Source of the DNA: Bispira polyomma
Lineage: Eukaryota
Reading direction: 5' to 3'
Assembly: GCA_965649765.1 (NCBI GenBank)
Contig: OZ287752.1
Coordinates: 11,470,001-11,534,000 of the forward strand
DNA length: 64,000 nt
Shown one piece after another: positions 25,542 to 37,570 of this stretch (within the stretch, counting starts at the first letter, position 1; each line of letters begins with the position of its first letter). Both the position numbers and the translations under genes were made by a program. Under the pieces are notes generated by a model. The model was not told the origin of the DNA and ran no database searches. It was given only the letters and a program-made list of their open reading frames with translations.

Positions 25542-25706
25542 TTGCAGCATGCATAGTCATACTTCTGGACATAGAGTGGAAGGTCAGCAGGATCCTGGAC
25601 ATAATATGTGATCCCTGTAATATTTCTAATAGTCCGAATCCACACCGCATTACATTTCTGGCCATGATCATTTATACTGCCGGTATATGCATCACATGAG
25701 AAAATG
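25542..25706 (-). CDS. Cystine-knot gene exon 4
   Basis: ttgcag|..AA|gtaagg, 165 nt, open in phase 2-2; IFSCDAYTGSINDHGQKCNAVWIRTIRNITGITYYVQDPADLPLYVQKYDYACC. Confidence 0.78.
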
Positions 25707-25840
25707 CTGCAACAAGATAAATATATATCAACTATATCGGTCGGTGGCTATATATTAGTGCCTTAATTGATACTTGTTTCTGACAGGACTGTAAGTTCAC
25801 ACTCATTTTAGTCCCTATAAATTTTCCTTACAAGCTAGTT

Positions 25841-26021
25841 GGGGGCTGTGGTCGTTAATGTGGGTTCGATTTCTGTTCGTTCCTTCATGTGGGAAAGTTT
25901 GTGAGGTAGTTGCTGTTGGTCGTTGGTTTGCAGCCCTTCATCACTGATTTTTATCCACACTTCAACCAGGCCATCACAATATGAACTAAACTGTTGGAAG
26001 CGACGTAAACCAAATTCAAAT
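25841..26021 (+). mobile_element. Degenerate tRNA-derived SINE (related copies ~36806-37030 +, ~46580-46760 -, ~46928-47185 +)
   Basis: GGTTCGATT B-box, shared CATGTGGGAAAGTT central motif, CAAATT tail. Confidence 0.6.
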
Positions 26022-26220
26022 ACAAGGTAAGTCTTGAATCTGACTCACATTGTTTTACAGTGTTTATTGTACATATTAGAATTTGTCTGTATATTATATT
26101 AACCAGGTTCCGGTTTTTAACCTGTTATTGAGGAAACCTTATGGCTTGAGTACCCTTAATGAATTGTACACGGTTAATTGTTGAATACTGACAGAGAGTG
26201 GAGTGAAGTGGTTAATATAC

Positions 26221-26481
26221 CTTATGCAGCAGATGTGGTTTGACAAGCATTCTTAGTGGGACAATCTTTCTTGGTGACACAAATATTCTCGGTGGCACGT
26301 TTTTGAATGTCTGGCCAGTTATTCTCGGTGGCACGTTGTTCAATGACAAATTCACCAGTTTTGTTATCATAAAGCTTGAATAGACCCGGATAGAGTCTCA
26401 GCCAGACTGGTTCCGGATATGGTTCTATACTATCCTTTCCTTTGCACCATTTCTTGGTGGTTTCGACACAGTTTCTGCATG
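26221..26481 (-). CDS. Cystine-knot gene exon 3 (prodomain, KR site, frameshifted end)
   Basis: tttttcag|..G|gtatat; CRNCVETTKKWC..IQKRATENICVTKKDCPTK, then either NACQTTSAA* or, with one base added, ECLSNHICCI. Confidence 0.75.
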
Positions 26482-26794
26482 CTGAAAAAAAATCAGTTTT
26501 ATTTGTGACTAATGAAACAGTTTCTACACTCCAAACAAAAAGAAAATATTGCAAATTAACAAGTATGAGAGACACTTTATGTCATTCACAGTTGGCTGTA
26601 CAAACCATTTTACATAAAGACACATCTGCAGCACAGATCTAAATGTATTTGAGACTATACAATAACAAACATAGGTATTTGGTACAAATCAACGCTTATG
26701 TAAATACACACATATAACGGGGGTATACAGCTTATTATATAATATTAAAGTTTAAGACAAATATTAAGTTCTAGTTCAACAAATATATTTATAT

Positions 26795-27308
26795 ATATGC
26801 AGTAAAAACACCTATGAACACATCTGAATAGTAAACATATCTATATAGTGCACACATTTAAATAGTGAACACATCTGAATAATAAACCCATCTGAATGAA
26901 TAGTGAACACATCTGAATAGGGAACACATCTGAATAGTGAACACATCTAAATGAATAGTGGTCGCCCTTAACAGTAAACACCTCTGAATAGTGAACACAT
27001 CTGAATAGTGAACACATCTGAATGAATAGTGAACACATATGAATAATGAACATATATGAATAGTGAACACATCTGAATAGTGAACACATCTGAATGAATA
27101 GTGAGTACATCTAACTAGTGAATACATCTGAATGAATAGTAAACATCTCTAAATAGTTAACACCTCAAAATAGTAAACACCTCTGAACAGTGAACACCTC
27201 TGAAAAGTGAACACTGTTGAATAGTGAACACCTGTAAATAGTGAACGCCCTTAATAGTGAACACCCCTTCATAGTGAACGCCCTTAATAGTGACACATTT
27301 GAATAGTG
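26795..27308. repeat. 17/21-bp satellite (GTGAACACATCTGAAT[GAAT]A), left part
   Basis: Visible tandem units; the array resumes at 32110. Confidence 0.92.
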
Positions 27309-30300
27309 ACAAGATAAGAGTGGCCCAGGGGGCCACTTCGGCAGATGATCAGGAGAATGTTTGATAGATGTTTGTATTAGATGAAGGTGTTAGCTTGATA
27401 AAAATGTGAGATATGTATGATTTTGTAAGGGTAGGTTGTAGTTGTAGCCAAAATCATAAAATTTGTGAAAAGTTGTCAGACTCTGAACAAGATACCCTGT
27501 GGGCCAAAAATCAGGTCGAAATCGCTCTATCTCGCACTGTTTAGGAGATAGCAGACATTTTTCCGGAAAAGATGCGGAAATTCAGGAGGCCGCTAAAATT
27601 ATAAAATTTGTGAAAAGTTGTCAGACTTCGAAAAAGATGCCCTGTGGGTCAAAAATGAGGTCGAAATCAATCTATCTCGCACCGTTTAGGAGATAGCGGA
27701 CATTTCCGAAGAAGAACTGGAAATTCAAGCTGGCCGCCAAAATCATAAAATTTGTGAAAAGTTTTCATAGCCCCTCAACCAGATGCCTGATGGCCCAAAA
27801 ATGAGGTCAAAATCGCTCTATCTCGCACCATTCATGATATAGCAGACATTTTTCTGGAAAAGACGTGGAAATTCAAGATGGCCGCCAAAATCATAAAATT
27901 TGTGAAAAGTTTTCATAGCCTGCCTATGTGTGTTAAGACAGGCCTGGAATAAGAAAAGACCTATCAGACAGAACGTAATGACAATAGCATCAAACTTATT
28001 CGACGATGTCAACCTTTCTGTTTTTAGAGGTCGGGGAGGTAAGTCGGGGTACTTTTAGAAAATATCAAACCTGTTGAATATCCTTCCAAACTACCGCGAC
28101 AACCCCGTTTTCACCCCTTAAAATCGGCAAGGTTGAGGGCCAAATTGGCATAGTGGAACCACCATTTAAACAAGAATGTAGTGACCACTGTAGCGGTCAG
28201 AGATTAAAAATTGTTCAAGCAAACGAACAACAAGATGTGAATGCCTGAATGGGCATATCGTCAGTTTCCATCTGATTTATGACCTTCATGACATCAACTT
28301 GACCTTGATCCTAAGGTCGTAGTTCAAATCTCTGGTTTCGTATAGGCTCACAATACATTGATTACATTCCAAGTTTAAAAACTCTTGTTAATAAGATATA
28401 AAGCAAAAACATAAAAATTGGCCTTTTTGGGGCCAGAAAAGGGACCTTGACAGATCCGTTTTTTAAAACCTTTACCAGTAAGGCTGCTGATTGTTAAAAT
28501 AATATACCAGAAAGTTTGGTGGCATTGTAAGTAACCAATTAAAGAGAAGACACAAACTCCTTGATTCCAAGGTCATAGGTCAAATTTGACCAGTGCATTA
28601 GCTTCTCTGACCTGGTTTTCTATATGTTTATAATACATTCAAAGTGTCAAAATGCAATAATTAATTATAGTTATTCATGTTTCATAGATTTAAACAAAAA
28701 AATTTTAAAAAAATATCCAAAATTTAAAATCTGAGCAAAATGCCATAAAGTGTTTTTAATATCTATGTGGTAAAGTATACATTTGCAAAATTTCAGACTG
28801 ATCCTTCAGTCATTTTGGAGAAGATTAACCTGCAAATATTTTGAATAGCCTGACTAATATATGTTTTCTACATTATCATGTTATGAATAAATTTGTTAAT
28901 TATTGTTCTCTACAAAAAAAAATCAAAATTAATGTGGACTTTTCCTCCCCCTCAATAAAGCTAATAGGAACTTTTCCTGGTGGGGAACTTCTGATTCAAT
29001 TTATGGATGGGGGACTTCTCCGTACACCTATTACACAGTTTTTAATAAAGTAGGTATCTTCATCTTTAAAAGCCTAAGGGTATGTATATATCATGCCTTA
29101 ATATCAATATTATATAAAATATATGCTGATTATACATTAAAATAAATAAAATATTGCATGTATCAGGTGAAAATTCTGGATGACTTATAGTATTATCAAC
29201 TACCGTATTTGACATAATTACCGCATATGCCCCATTAACCGCACATCCTGTAGTCCTCTTCCTGGGAGTTGATGCATCCATCCTTACGATCTGGCTATGT
29301 TTTTCATTTTTCTATTGGCTGATTGTTGCGCCTTAGAAGATACCTAGCATCAATAAGGCTCGTTAAAAATGCATCATACAATCCCCTAATCTTATGTTTG
29401 GTATGGTTCTCTATTTAAGATATTACTTCAGCCTTATGTTAAGTATCAGCATGTACCTATGCATATGAGAATTTATAGAGGAAAAAAATAATTCTGCAAT
29501 AAATACTATATAAAATTTTGAGTTAGTACTCCGGTTATTTTCCAATACAAATGAATAACTGCAATCAAGACTTTTAGTGCCTGTGAAAGTAAACTTGTCA
29601 TAGTGTTACGGTGACGGGAGCAAGCGCGGTAGCAATTACCGGTTGCTTTGAGGTTGTAACAGGAAAAGACAAAAAGTTTCACTTAACAAATTTATTTAAC
29701 AAATAAAATAACAACTACAGAATTACAGAATTATAAAATTACAAAATTACAAAATTACAGAATTACAAAATTACAGTCAACTGAGATACCCTTAATAGCT
29801 CACACAATAATACAATAATGAAATCAATCTGACCTGACCACAGTCCTGTCCACTCAAATAACAATTAAACCAGTTTGTCCACTGTATCCAGCAATCTGTC
29901 TTGAGATCCACTCAATGTCCACACAATGCCTGTATCCTGTTATCTGTTTAGCGTCCACGCACACAAAATGTATATATCCAGAGAATCTGCACAACTAAGC
30001 TATCCAGTCCAGGATGCAAACAATATCCAATATGCAGTAAATCCAATCTCTGGTAGATCCACAACTTTTATCTAGTTCACTCCAATGAGTTCACCACAAA
30101 TGTATATAACAAACAGTATAGTAGTTCATATAGCATTCATATAGCACCTCAGCTCAATTAAATCTCTTCTGTGGCCAGACTGTCAACCCTTATATATACC
30201 ACTGCTAGAGAAGGTTGCTAGAATGTGTAAGCAATCGCTAGGACATTCCAGAGATGAGATATACATATGAATACAACTTTAATAACCTTCAGAAATAAAA

Positions 30301-32109
30301 TAGAACCGGTTTCTAGAAGCTTAGGGGTTTCCCCAAATCTATAAATAGCTCACTCCAGCAGAGTGTAAAACCATTAGTACTAACTAGACCGGTTTTTCTT
30401 CCACACACCACAATGTCCCCATATGTAACAATAGTAACTGACAGCTTCCTGCACTCAGGTTTACAAAGCTAGAAATTAGTCATAAATTTGAATACTGCAG
30501 AAAGTGACTGATAAAGTAGCCTTGTTGAAAGATATTTAAGGCTCAACTTTATTGTATTTAGGAAAATCAGTATGCACCCCTATTGGTGGCAAAATAATGA
30601 CTTCTAATGTGTTTAGCATGATTAATGTAATTATAATATAATCTGATATATTATTTAAACAATAATGTTAAATTTAAATGAATAAATATACTATTTAGAT
30701 CAATGGTGAGAAAAACAAGCCCAAGCAAGGTTACTATTTCTGTCCTTCCATTAACTGCAGCAAATGGCCATTATAATCCAGTAAAAATTTAAAGTAAATG
30801 ATCAAAATTTTGCTTCAAGTTTCATTCGCCAAGTACATATTTTATTTCTTGTTGTAGGCTGTAGAAGTTTGAAACACTTATGCCTTTAAAGGCTAAGCAA
30901 ATTTATCATACTGACAGCAAGAGAGTAAGTTACTACAGTTACCAAATAAATTTTTCAATAACTTTTTACTTTTTTCAGTTTTACAGCAAATTTTAATAGT
31001 AATACTTCATTGTGGAGCTTTCTATTATCAGATAGATTGTACAATTTACCAGTGTGAACACACCTGCAAAAGATATGCTATATATTTTAAAAACCAAGAA
31101 TCAGCCTTAAACTAAATAACAATTGCTGCAGATTTATTACATTTTTAATCTATCTGTGTTCAATCAAACCACTTATTTTTTGGCTTAGGAATAATTTTTA
31201 ATATTTTTATCCTGTAGTGACATTATTTAAAATATATATATCCCCCATATATATACATACATTGTAACACTTCAAATAGTTCAAAACAGAATGCTACATT
31301 AGTCAATAACATCATATTGTACTATTTGAACCCTCTACTATTAACAGCAACTGGCTTGTACTAACTGGACCCTCTCTACTTCAAAGAACCTTTAATTGGT
31401 CCCGCCACAACACATACACATCTTCTATATACTACAAGGACAGGTAACACCCATAAATAGCCCTCCAACATCAAACATACTTTAAATTGATTCGTCCAAA
31501 ATACACACACACATGTTCTATATAATACAAGGGTAGATACCTAGCAACAAAACAATTAAAACACTAGTAACAACACACACAAACACACACACTATTTGTG
31601 CACAAACCAAGGACAAGTAGTGGGGGTGGGGGGGGAGGGGGGAATTGGCCAGTTGCCAATTACATGTAATTAAGGCACATGCATAAACACAGCCTATGTA
31701 AAAAGATGAAAGACAATTAGGCCTTGGGTTAATTGGTGATGACTCATGCCACTCACACCACAGTACAGAGTTATAAGAATAAGAACACAATCAATGAAAG
31801 GTATTGCCTTTGAGGCTGTGTATTGTATGGCAAGTCATAGCTGTCAATCATATTCTCCTTAGCAACAGGCAGTGGTTTTTATAAAAACCTAAATAAGTCA
31901 TCACAAATATATCAGATCAAGAAGCCAATTCAACGGCAGCATATACACAACACATAATGTACCCATACCAATTTTCAGGTCACAATTTCTTCATTTACTG
32001 AGAAAATTTGCTGTCATCAAACGGTTGCTAGGGAACAAGACCTCTAGTAAAGTTAATACAGCATACGTAACTTCAGCTAAAGCTGAAGTAACGTCATCTG
32101 CCGTAAAAA
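27309..32109 (-). mobile_element. Non-coding Helentron-family element inserted in the satellite
   Basis: Minus-strand 5' end TTTTTACGGCAGATGACGT plus hairpin (32070-32109); 3' end TCATCTGCCG-AA-GTGGCCCCCTGGGCCAC-TCTTATCTTGT (27309-27348). Both nearly match the termini of 54073-59226. Internal ~146-bp repeats at 27450-27920. Confidence 0.82.
29604..30430 (-). mobile_element. Solo LTR (Gypsy-like), 827 bp
   Basis: TGTTAC...GTAACA termini, 4-bp TSD ATAG on both sides; minus-strand TATATATAA (~30190) upstream of AATAAA (~29691). Confidence 0.85.
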
Positions 32110-33178
32110 TCTCTAAACAGTGAACACCTCTGAATAATAAACACCTTTGAATAGTGAACACATCTCAATGATTAGTGAACACATTTAAATGAATAGTGAA
32201 CACATCTAAATAAATAGTGAACATCTCTGAATAATGAACATATTTGAATAGTGAACATATTTGAATGAATAATGACCACATATGAATAGTAAACACATCT
32301 GAATGACTAGTGAGTACATCTAACTAGTTAACACATCTGAAGAAATAGTGGGCACATTTGAATGTTGAACACATTTAAATAATAAACAAATCTGAATGAT
32401 TAGTAAAAAGATTTGAATGGTGAACATATGAGAATGAATAGTGAACACTTATAAATAAATGGTGAACATATTTACATAGTGAACACATCTGAATGAATAG
32501 TGAACACATCTGAATGAATAGTGAACACATCTGAATGAATAGTGAGCACATCTAAATAGTAAACACATTTGAATAAATAGTGAACACATCTGAAAGGTGA
32601 ACACATCTTTAATAAGTAAAAACATCTAAATACTAAACACAACTGAATGAATAATAAACAGATTTCAATAGTGAACATATCTGAATGAATAGTCAACACG
32701 TCTGAATGAATGGTGGACACATTTGAAAAGTAAACATATCTGAATGAATAATGAACACATCTGAAGAAATAGTGAACATCTCTAATTAGTGAACATATCT
32801 GAATGAATAGTGAACACGTCTGAATGAATGGTGGATATATTTAAAAAGTGAACATATCTGAATGAAATAGTTAACACATCTGAATAGTGAACACTTCTCA
32901 ATAGTGAACACCTCTGAACAGTGAATACCTCTGAACAGTGAACACCTCTGAATAGTGAACACCTGTAAATAGTGAACGGCCTTAATAGTGAACGCCCATT
33001 CATAGTGAACGCCTTAATAGTGACACCTCTGAATAATAAATATCTCTAAACAGTGAACACCTTTGAATACTGAACGCCTTTGAATAGTGAACACCTCTGA
33101 ATATCGAACGCACTTAATAGTGAACACCTTTGAATAGTGAACATCCTAAATAGTGAACACCTCTGAATAATGAACACC
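32110..33178. repeat. 17/21-bp satellite, right part
   Basis: Same GTGAACAC unit as 26795-27308. Confidence 0.92.
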
Positions 33179-33471
33179 CCTCCATGTTTTGTCTCCATTG
33201 CATTCATACTAGGGCTTACCCATGTGAAGTGAACACTTCTCTACTAATATTGTTTTCCCCTAAACAAGGGGAACCTAGTGAACCTAGGTTCATTAAATGG
33301 ATAGAATGTTGATAAAATTTTGCAATACAACTGGGTAAAATCTAGGGAAAGCAATTTTCTTAATTTTATATGCACCCAATCTAAGAAATATTTCTTTGGT
33401 GTGACCTATAATTCAATAACAAAACTGATATGAAGTTACTGACCAAATAATGATGAGAATGTGCTACATAC

Positions 33472-33588
33472 GTTTGTTACATGGAGCTCTGATGTCCAAG
33501 GGTCCAGAATATAGATAGAATATTTGCCTGAGACAATCTATCTCTCCAGGGTCGACCGGACATTTCCTGTTGGTGATCTGAAGTTCCA
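33472..33588 (-). CDS. Cystine-knot gene exon 2 (prodomain)
   Basis: tttttcttattag|..C|gtatgt, 117 nt, phase 1-1; VELQITNRKCPVDPGEIDCLRQIFYLYSGPLDIRAPCNK. Confidence 0.65.
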
Positions 33589-34357
33589 CTAATAAGAAAA
33601 ATCAAAAAGCAGAAATGGATCTTCTTGTGGATTAACAAAACTTATAGCAGGTTATACTGTCTTCTACACCGGTTTTCATAATATTCATTGGTTACAATGC
33701 CATCTATTGTGTGAATGTAGAAACTCCATGAATTATCTTTGAATATTTAAAGGTTTTAGAAGTATATAAACTAACTTAACGTATTTGGAAGATATCTTTC
33801 CCTTTGTGTGACAAATGATGCTTTGGGCTGCAAAAATGACCCAGTTGGTATGATAAAGACAGTGTGTAACAATAACACTGCTTCTTATTTGTTTACTTTA
33901 TTACTATTTTACTTGGGTACATTTCACAATTGACGGCAATTGACTTTCATGTCCTGCATTCGAATGAGAATACACTTGTTGTTGGTTTAAAGCTTACACA
34001 ATACATTGTAATAATAAACAAACACACATACATAAGCAAAATGGCCAATACTGTTTCAGTTTGTGCCGTGGTCACACTGAGCATGCTCATGTTTTTATTC
34101 GCTTCGTTTTAAACAGAAGCAAACAAAAATAAACGAAGTGAAACGTAACAAAAAATCGATGTATAGGCCGTTTTTCACTTGTTCTGTACACGTTTGTACA
34201 CACATTCAACATGTTTTAATAGTCGCTTCAATTATGTTTGTACTGTTAGCCATGTTTGAAAATACATTAACCATGTTTTAAAATACATTAGTCACGTTTC
34301 TAAACACGTTTTAATCTCATTCTCCTCGTTTTAAATAGGTTGCATTCAATTCATTTA

Positions 34358-34978
34358 TGCCGTGGTCAAACTGAGCACGTTTTTTTGTAAACGGGAGAAA
34401 ACAAAGTGAAAATCGGGAAACGTAGCAAAAATCTATGTATGCGCCGTTTTGTAGACGTTCAGTACGCACCTGTCAGGTTTGTACACGCATTTAATATGTT
34501 TATATAGCCCTTTAAAATATGTTTAATTTGTTAGCCACATTTTAATAATATGTTAGCCTCGTTTTTAGAAATACGTTAGCCACGCTTCTAAACATGTTTC
34601 AGGCTCGTTCTCTTTGTTTTTAACATTTGTAAACCCGTTTCGTCCTTATTTTCCTCGTCCTTAATAATGTTGGTAGGTATAGTTCCTTTTACTCCCATCC
34701 TTCATGTCAAATATGCAATAAATATGTGTCATACATTTGCCGCGAACGTACCACCCGTTTTTGGGAAATTTTCAGTAAATGACTAAAAACGTAAAAAATT
34801 TTGAGCAGTCCGAAAATTAAGACATTCAGGATATTAAGGAACCATCTTATCCCCGCATGCTTACGTTTTCTTACACACACTACGTTTTGCTTACGTTTTG
34901 CTTACGTTTACTTACGTTTTACCTTACGTTAGCTATTTTCGTGCGTGAGCAAAGCGTAAGCTCAGTGTGACCACGGCA
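34358..34978. mobile_element. PIF/Harbinger-type MITE, preceded by a truncated copy at 34064-34345
   Basis: TIR TGCCGTGGTCA(A/C)ACTGAGC / GCTCAGTGTGACCACGGCA; TTA TSD. Confidence 0.85.
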
Positions 34979-35813
34979 TTACATCATTAACGTTTCTAGT
35001 TATTATTTGGATGAATTGAATGTCTGATTGCTGTCCTTTAAGTCATATGCGCATTGAAGGCATGTCATACGTTACCGGCAAATGCACCAACCATTTTAGA
35101 AAAATGTTGTGCAGCATGAAATTATGAGATTAAGGGACCATATTTACTTCAACCCACTACGACCATTCAAATGCTTATGTTTTCACCTTACGTGTGCTAT
35201 TTTTAGCCATTTTTTTGTGTGTAATCGAAAGGTAAGTCCAGTTTGACCACATTATTAGTGTGGTATCCAAAGAATAAGTACATTAGTGCTGCTATAAAAA
35301 ATCTGCAATTATCAATTATTATTAATTCAAGCTATTTTTAAATTACTATTTATATATGCTGGTACAAATATTGTTAATTTATTTTGAAAATTTGAATAGT
35401 GTCTTTAATTAAATGTCCACTGTCCTGTCCACTAGATTGCCCACTTGTTATCTACAAAGTCAACTATAATGCTTTTAATTAGATTAGGTATGGTCTATGT
35501 CCTATCGATCATTTTGACTCAAGGAGTTTTAAGCAAGAGGTGTCAGAAAGGTTTTCATCTAAAATCCTGTATCAGTAGGAATAAAAGTGTAATCTATTAA
35601 ATGAAGAAAAATATCAAGAATGGATGCTTTAAGACAGTCATTTTCAATTAAGAAATTAATATAAATTAAAATTACCACTACAAGTTAAGTTATTTTTTTC
35701 TCTGAGGTTATTAGCTAATCAAATAAATTCACGGTCAGTAATATTGCAATAAAGAATAAAATTTCACTGATTCAAGTCCAATACAGAATGTAAAATGTAG
35801 AAGTGATATTTAC

Positions 35814-35931
35814 CTGGCCCTATTTTATACGGTAGCGTTGGTAGACATCTGATGCACTTCTCACAACTGTGTCCAGAGCAATTAGACACAAATAACAGGA
35901 CCAACAGAACAGAGACTTGACAAGTCCACAT
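35814..35931 (-). CDS. Cystine-knot gene exon 1: signal peptide
   Basis: MWTCQVSVLLVLLFVSNCSG-HSCEKCIRCLPTLPYKIGP, donor G|gtaaat, phase 1. Confidence 0.75.
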
Positions 35932-37570
35932 ACTGTACAGCCGAACTCTATAAAACGATGACACTTTCTCTGTGACCACTAACTAACCACCCAACACTAT
36001 AATGGTCTTTTTCTTCTCAGTTTTAGTTGCCTATTTCAGGAAAATGTATGTGTGCAAAATAGAAAAAAAAAAAACAACAAATGAATGGGGTATACTGTTT
36101 TCTTAAAGGCTATTAAGTCAGCAGTTTTATCGTTTACATTAAAAGCACTATAATTAGCTGAACTAACGGCTTGAATGTGTTTTCATTTGACACACAATAA
36201 ATTGAATCTTTTATGTTGTGTCAGCTGTTTAATCTGCCTGTGTAATTTTTCAAGCAAGAAGCTGTCAAGTGCTAAATATGATTTCAGTCATTACATTTGA
36301 TGTTCATAAATGTTCTTTTTATCCATTCAGATTCTTTCATTATGTTTTAATTAACACAAAGTTGGAAAATCTATGAATTCACATTTAAAGGAGCAACCTG
36401 CATTTGTAATGACAAACTCAAAGGAAAATAGTGTACTCCCTGAAGAGATGTATTCTAAGTAAAATGTGTTATCTGTAATCTGCATGTCACATATAAAATT
36501 AATCATTGTTTTCAGGTACAGAATGACATGTTGACTGGGTGATACTCTTATTCACTGAAGCTTCCTTCTGTCAAATTGGTCCACTAAAATATATAACAAT
36601 CTGCTGGCCACGGCAGAATAAGCATTACTTAGATGACTACATTGTGGATTTATGATATATTTTCAATTGAGCTTTGTTCACATGCTTACCAATACGACAT
36701 ATCCGTACTGATCTGTACCAACATTACATACTGACGTACTGATCCTCAGGATGTCAAATTTAAAGTTTTTGGTTTTCAAACTATAGTTATCTTAATTTTG
36801 AAGGGAGGGCTACGGTGGCCTAATGGCGAGAAGAAGCATTAGTTTCACAATCACCAGTCTCTCACCAATGTAGGTTTGAATTTAGTGTGTTGCTTCAGGT
36901 GGGAATGTTTGTCCAGTACTTACCATAGGCCAGTGGCCATATAGTGTCTGCACTGGTTTCTTCCACCATTGAATCTGACCGTCGTCATATGACCTAAGCT
37001 TTTAAAAACAATGTTAAACCCAACTATATTTAAGTTCAATTTCTGAATCATTTTAGATACCAAACCAGCCTCTGTTTCCTGTTGTATATATGTATTTTCA
37101 TTAAATTCTCTATGGCAGTCAAAATTGCTGACTGCCTGATTTTTTCAGTATACACAATCTGTACTGGTATACATACTGCAGGGATTAGAACTCTCCAAAT
37201 AAATGCATAAGGGTGCCATTATTTTACACACTGGTGATTAGTACTGAGGTATGCCATGCTCGCATGCATGTAAACGTAGCTTTACTTCCAATAATTTTTT
37301 GACAAACCTATTAACCTCAGGTGAAGAGGGCCAACCAAGCTAGTCAAACTACAACACTCGTGACCTTAAAGGGTCTGCCTGACTTGCCCTCTATCATATC
37401 TATGACCCCTTTGAAGGTCAAACTCATATAATTTGACTTGAATGAAACTATCAGTTGCATGCTGCAAGGCATTTCAGTCGCACAAATTTACTATTTTGAG
37501 TATCAACAATTTTGTTATTGGTAACTGGCAAATTACATAAACCATATATAACCAATCACATTATTTTTTG

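Larger units (their letters stand above)
23278..35931 (-). pseudogene. Secreted Spaetzle-like cystine-knot prepro-protein gene (5 exons) with a 1-nt frameshift in exon 3; pseudogene, null allele or assembly error
   Basis: Exons 35931-35814, 33588-33472, 26481-26221, 25706-25542 and 23494-23278 all have GT-AG. Phases run 1,1,(2),2 once one base is restored near 26253, giving ~292 aa. Confidence 0.72.

Noticed and set aside
26841-33003. ORFs 26841-27127, 32472-32720, 32782-33003 (also 10465-10851 and 21425-21733)
   Set aside because: These are translations of tandem repeats.
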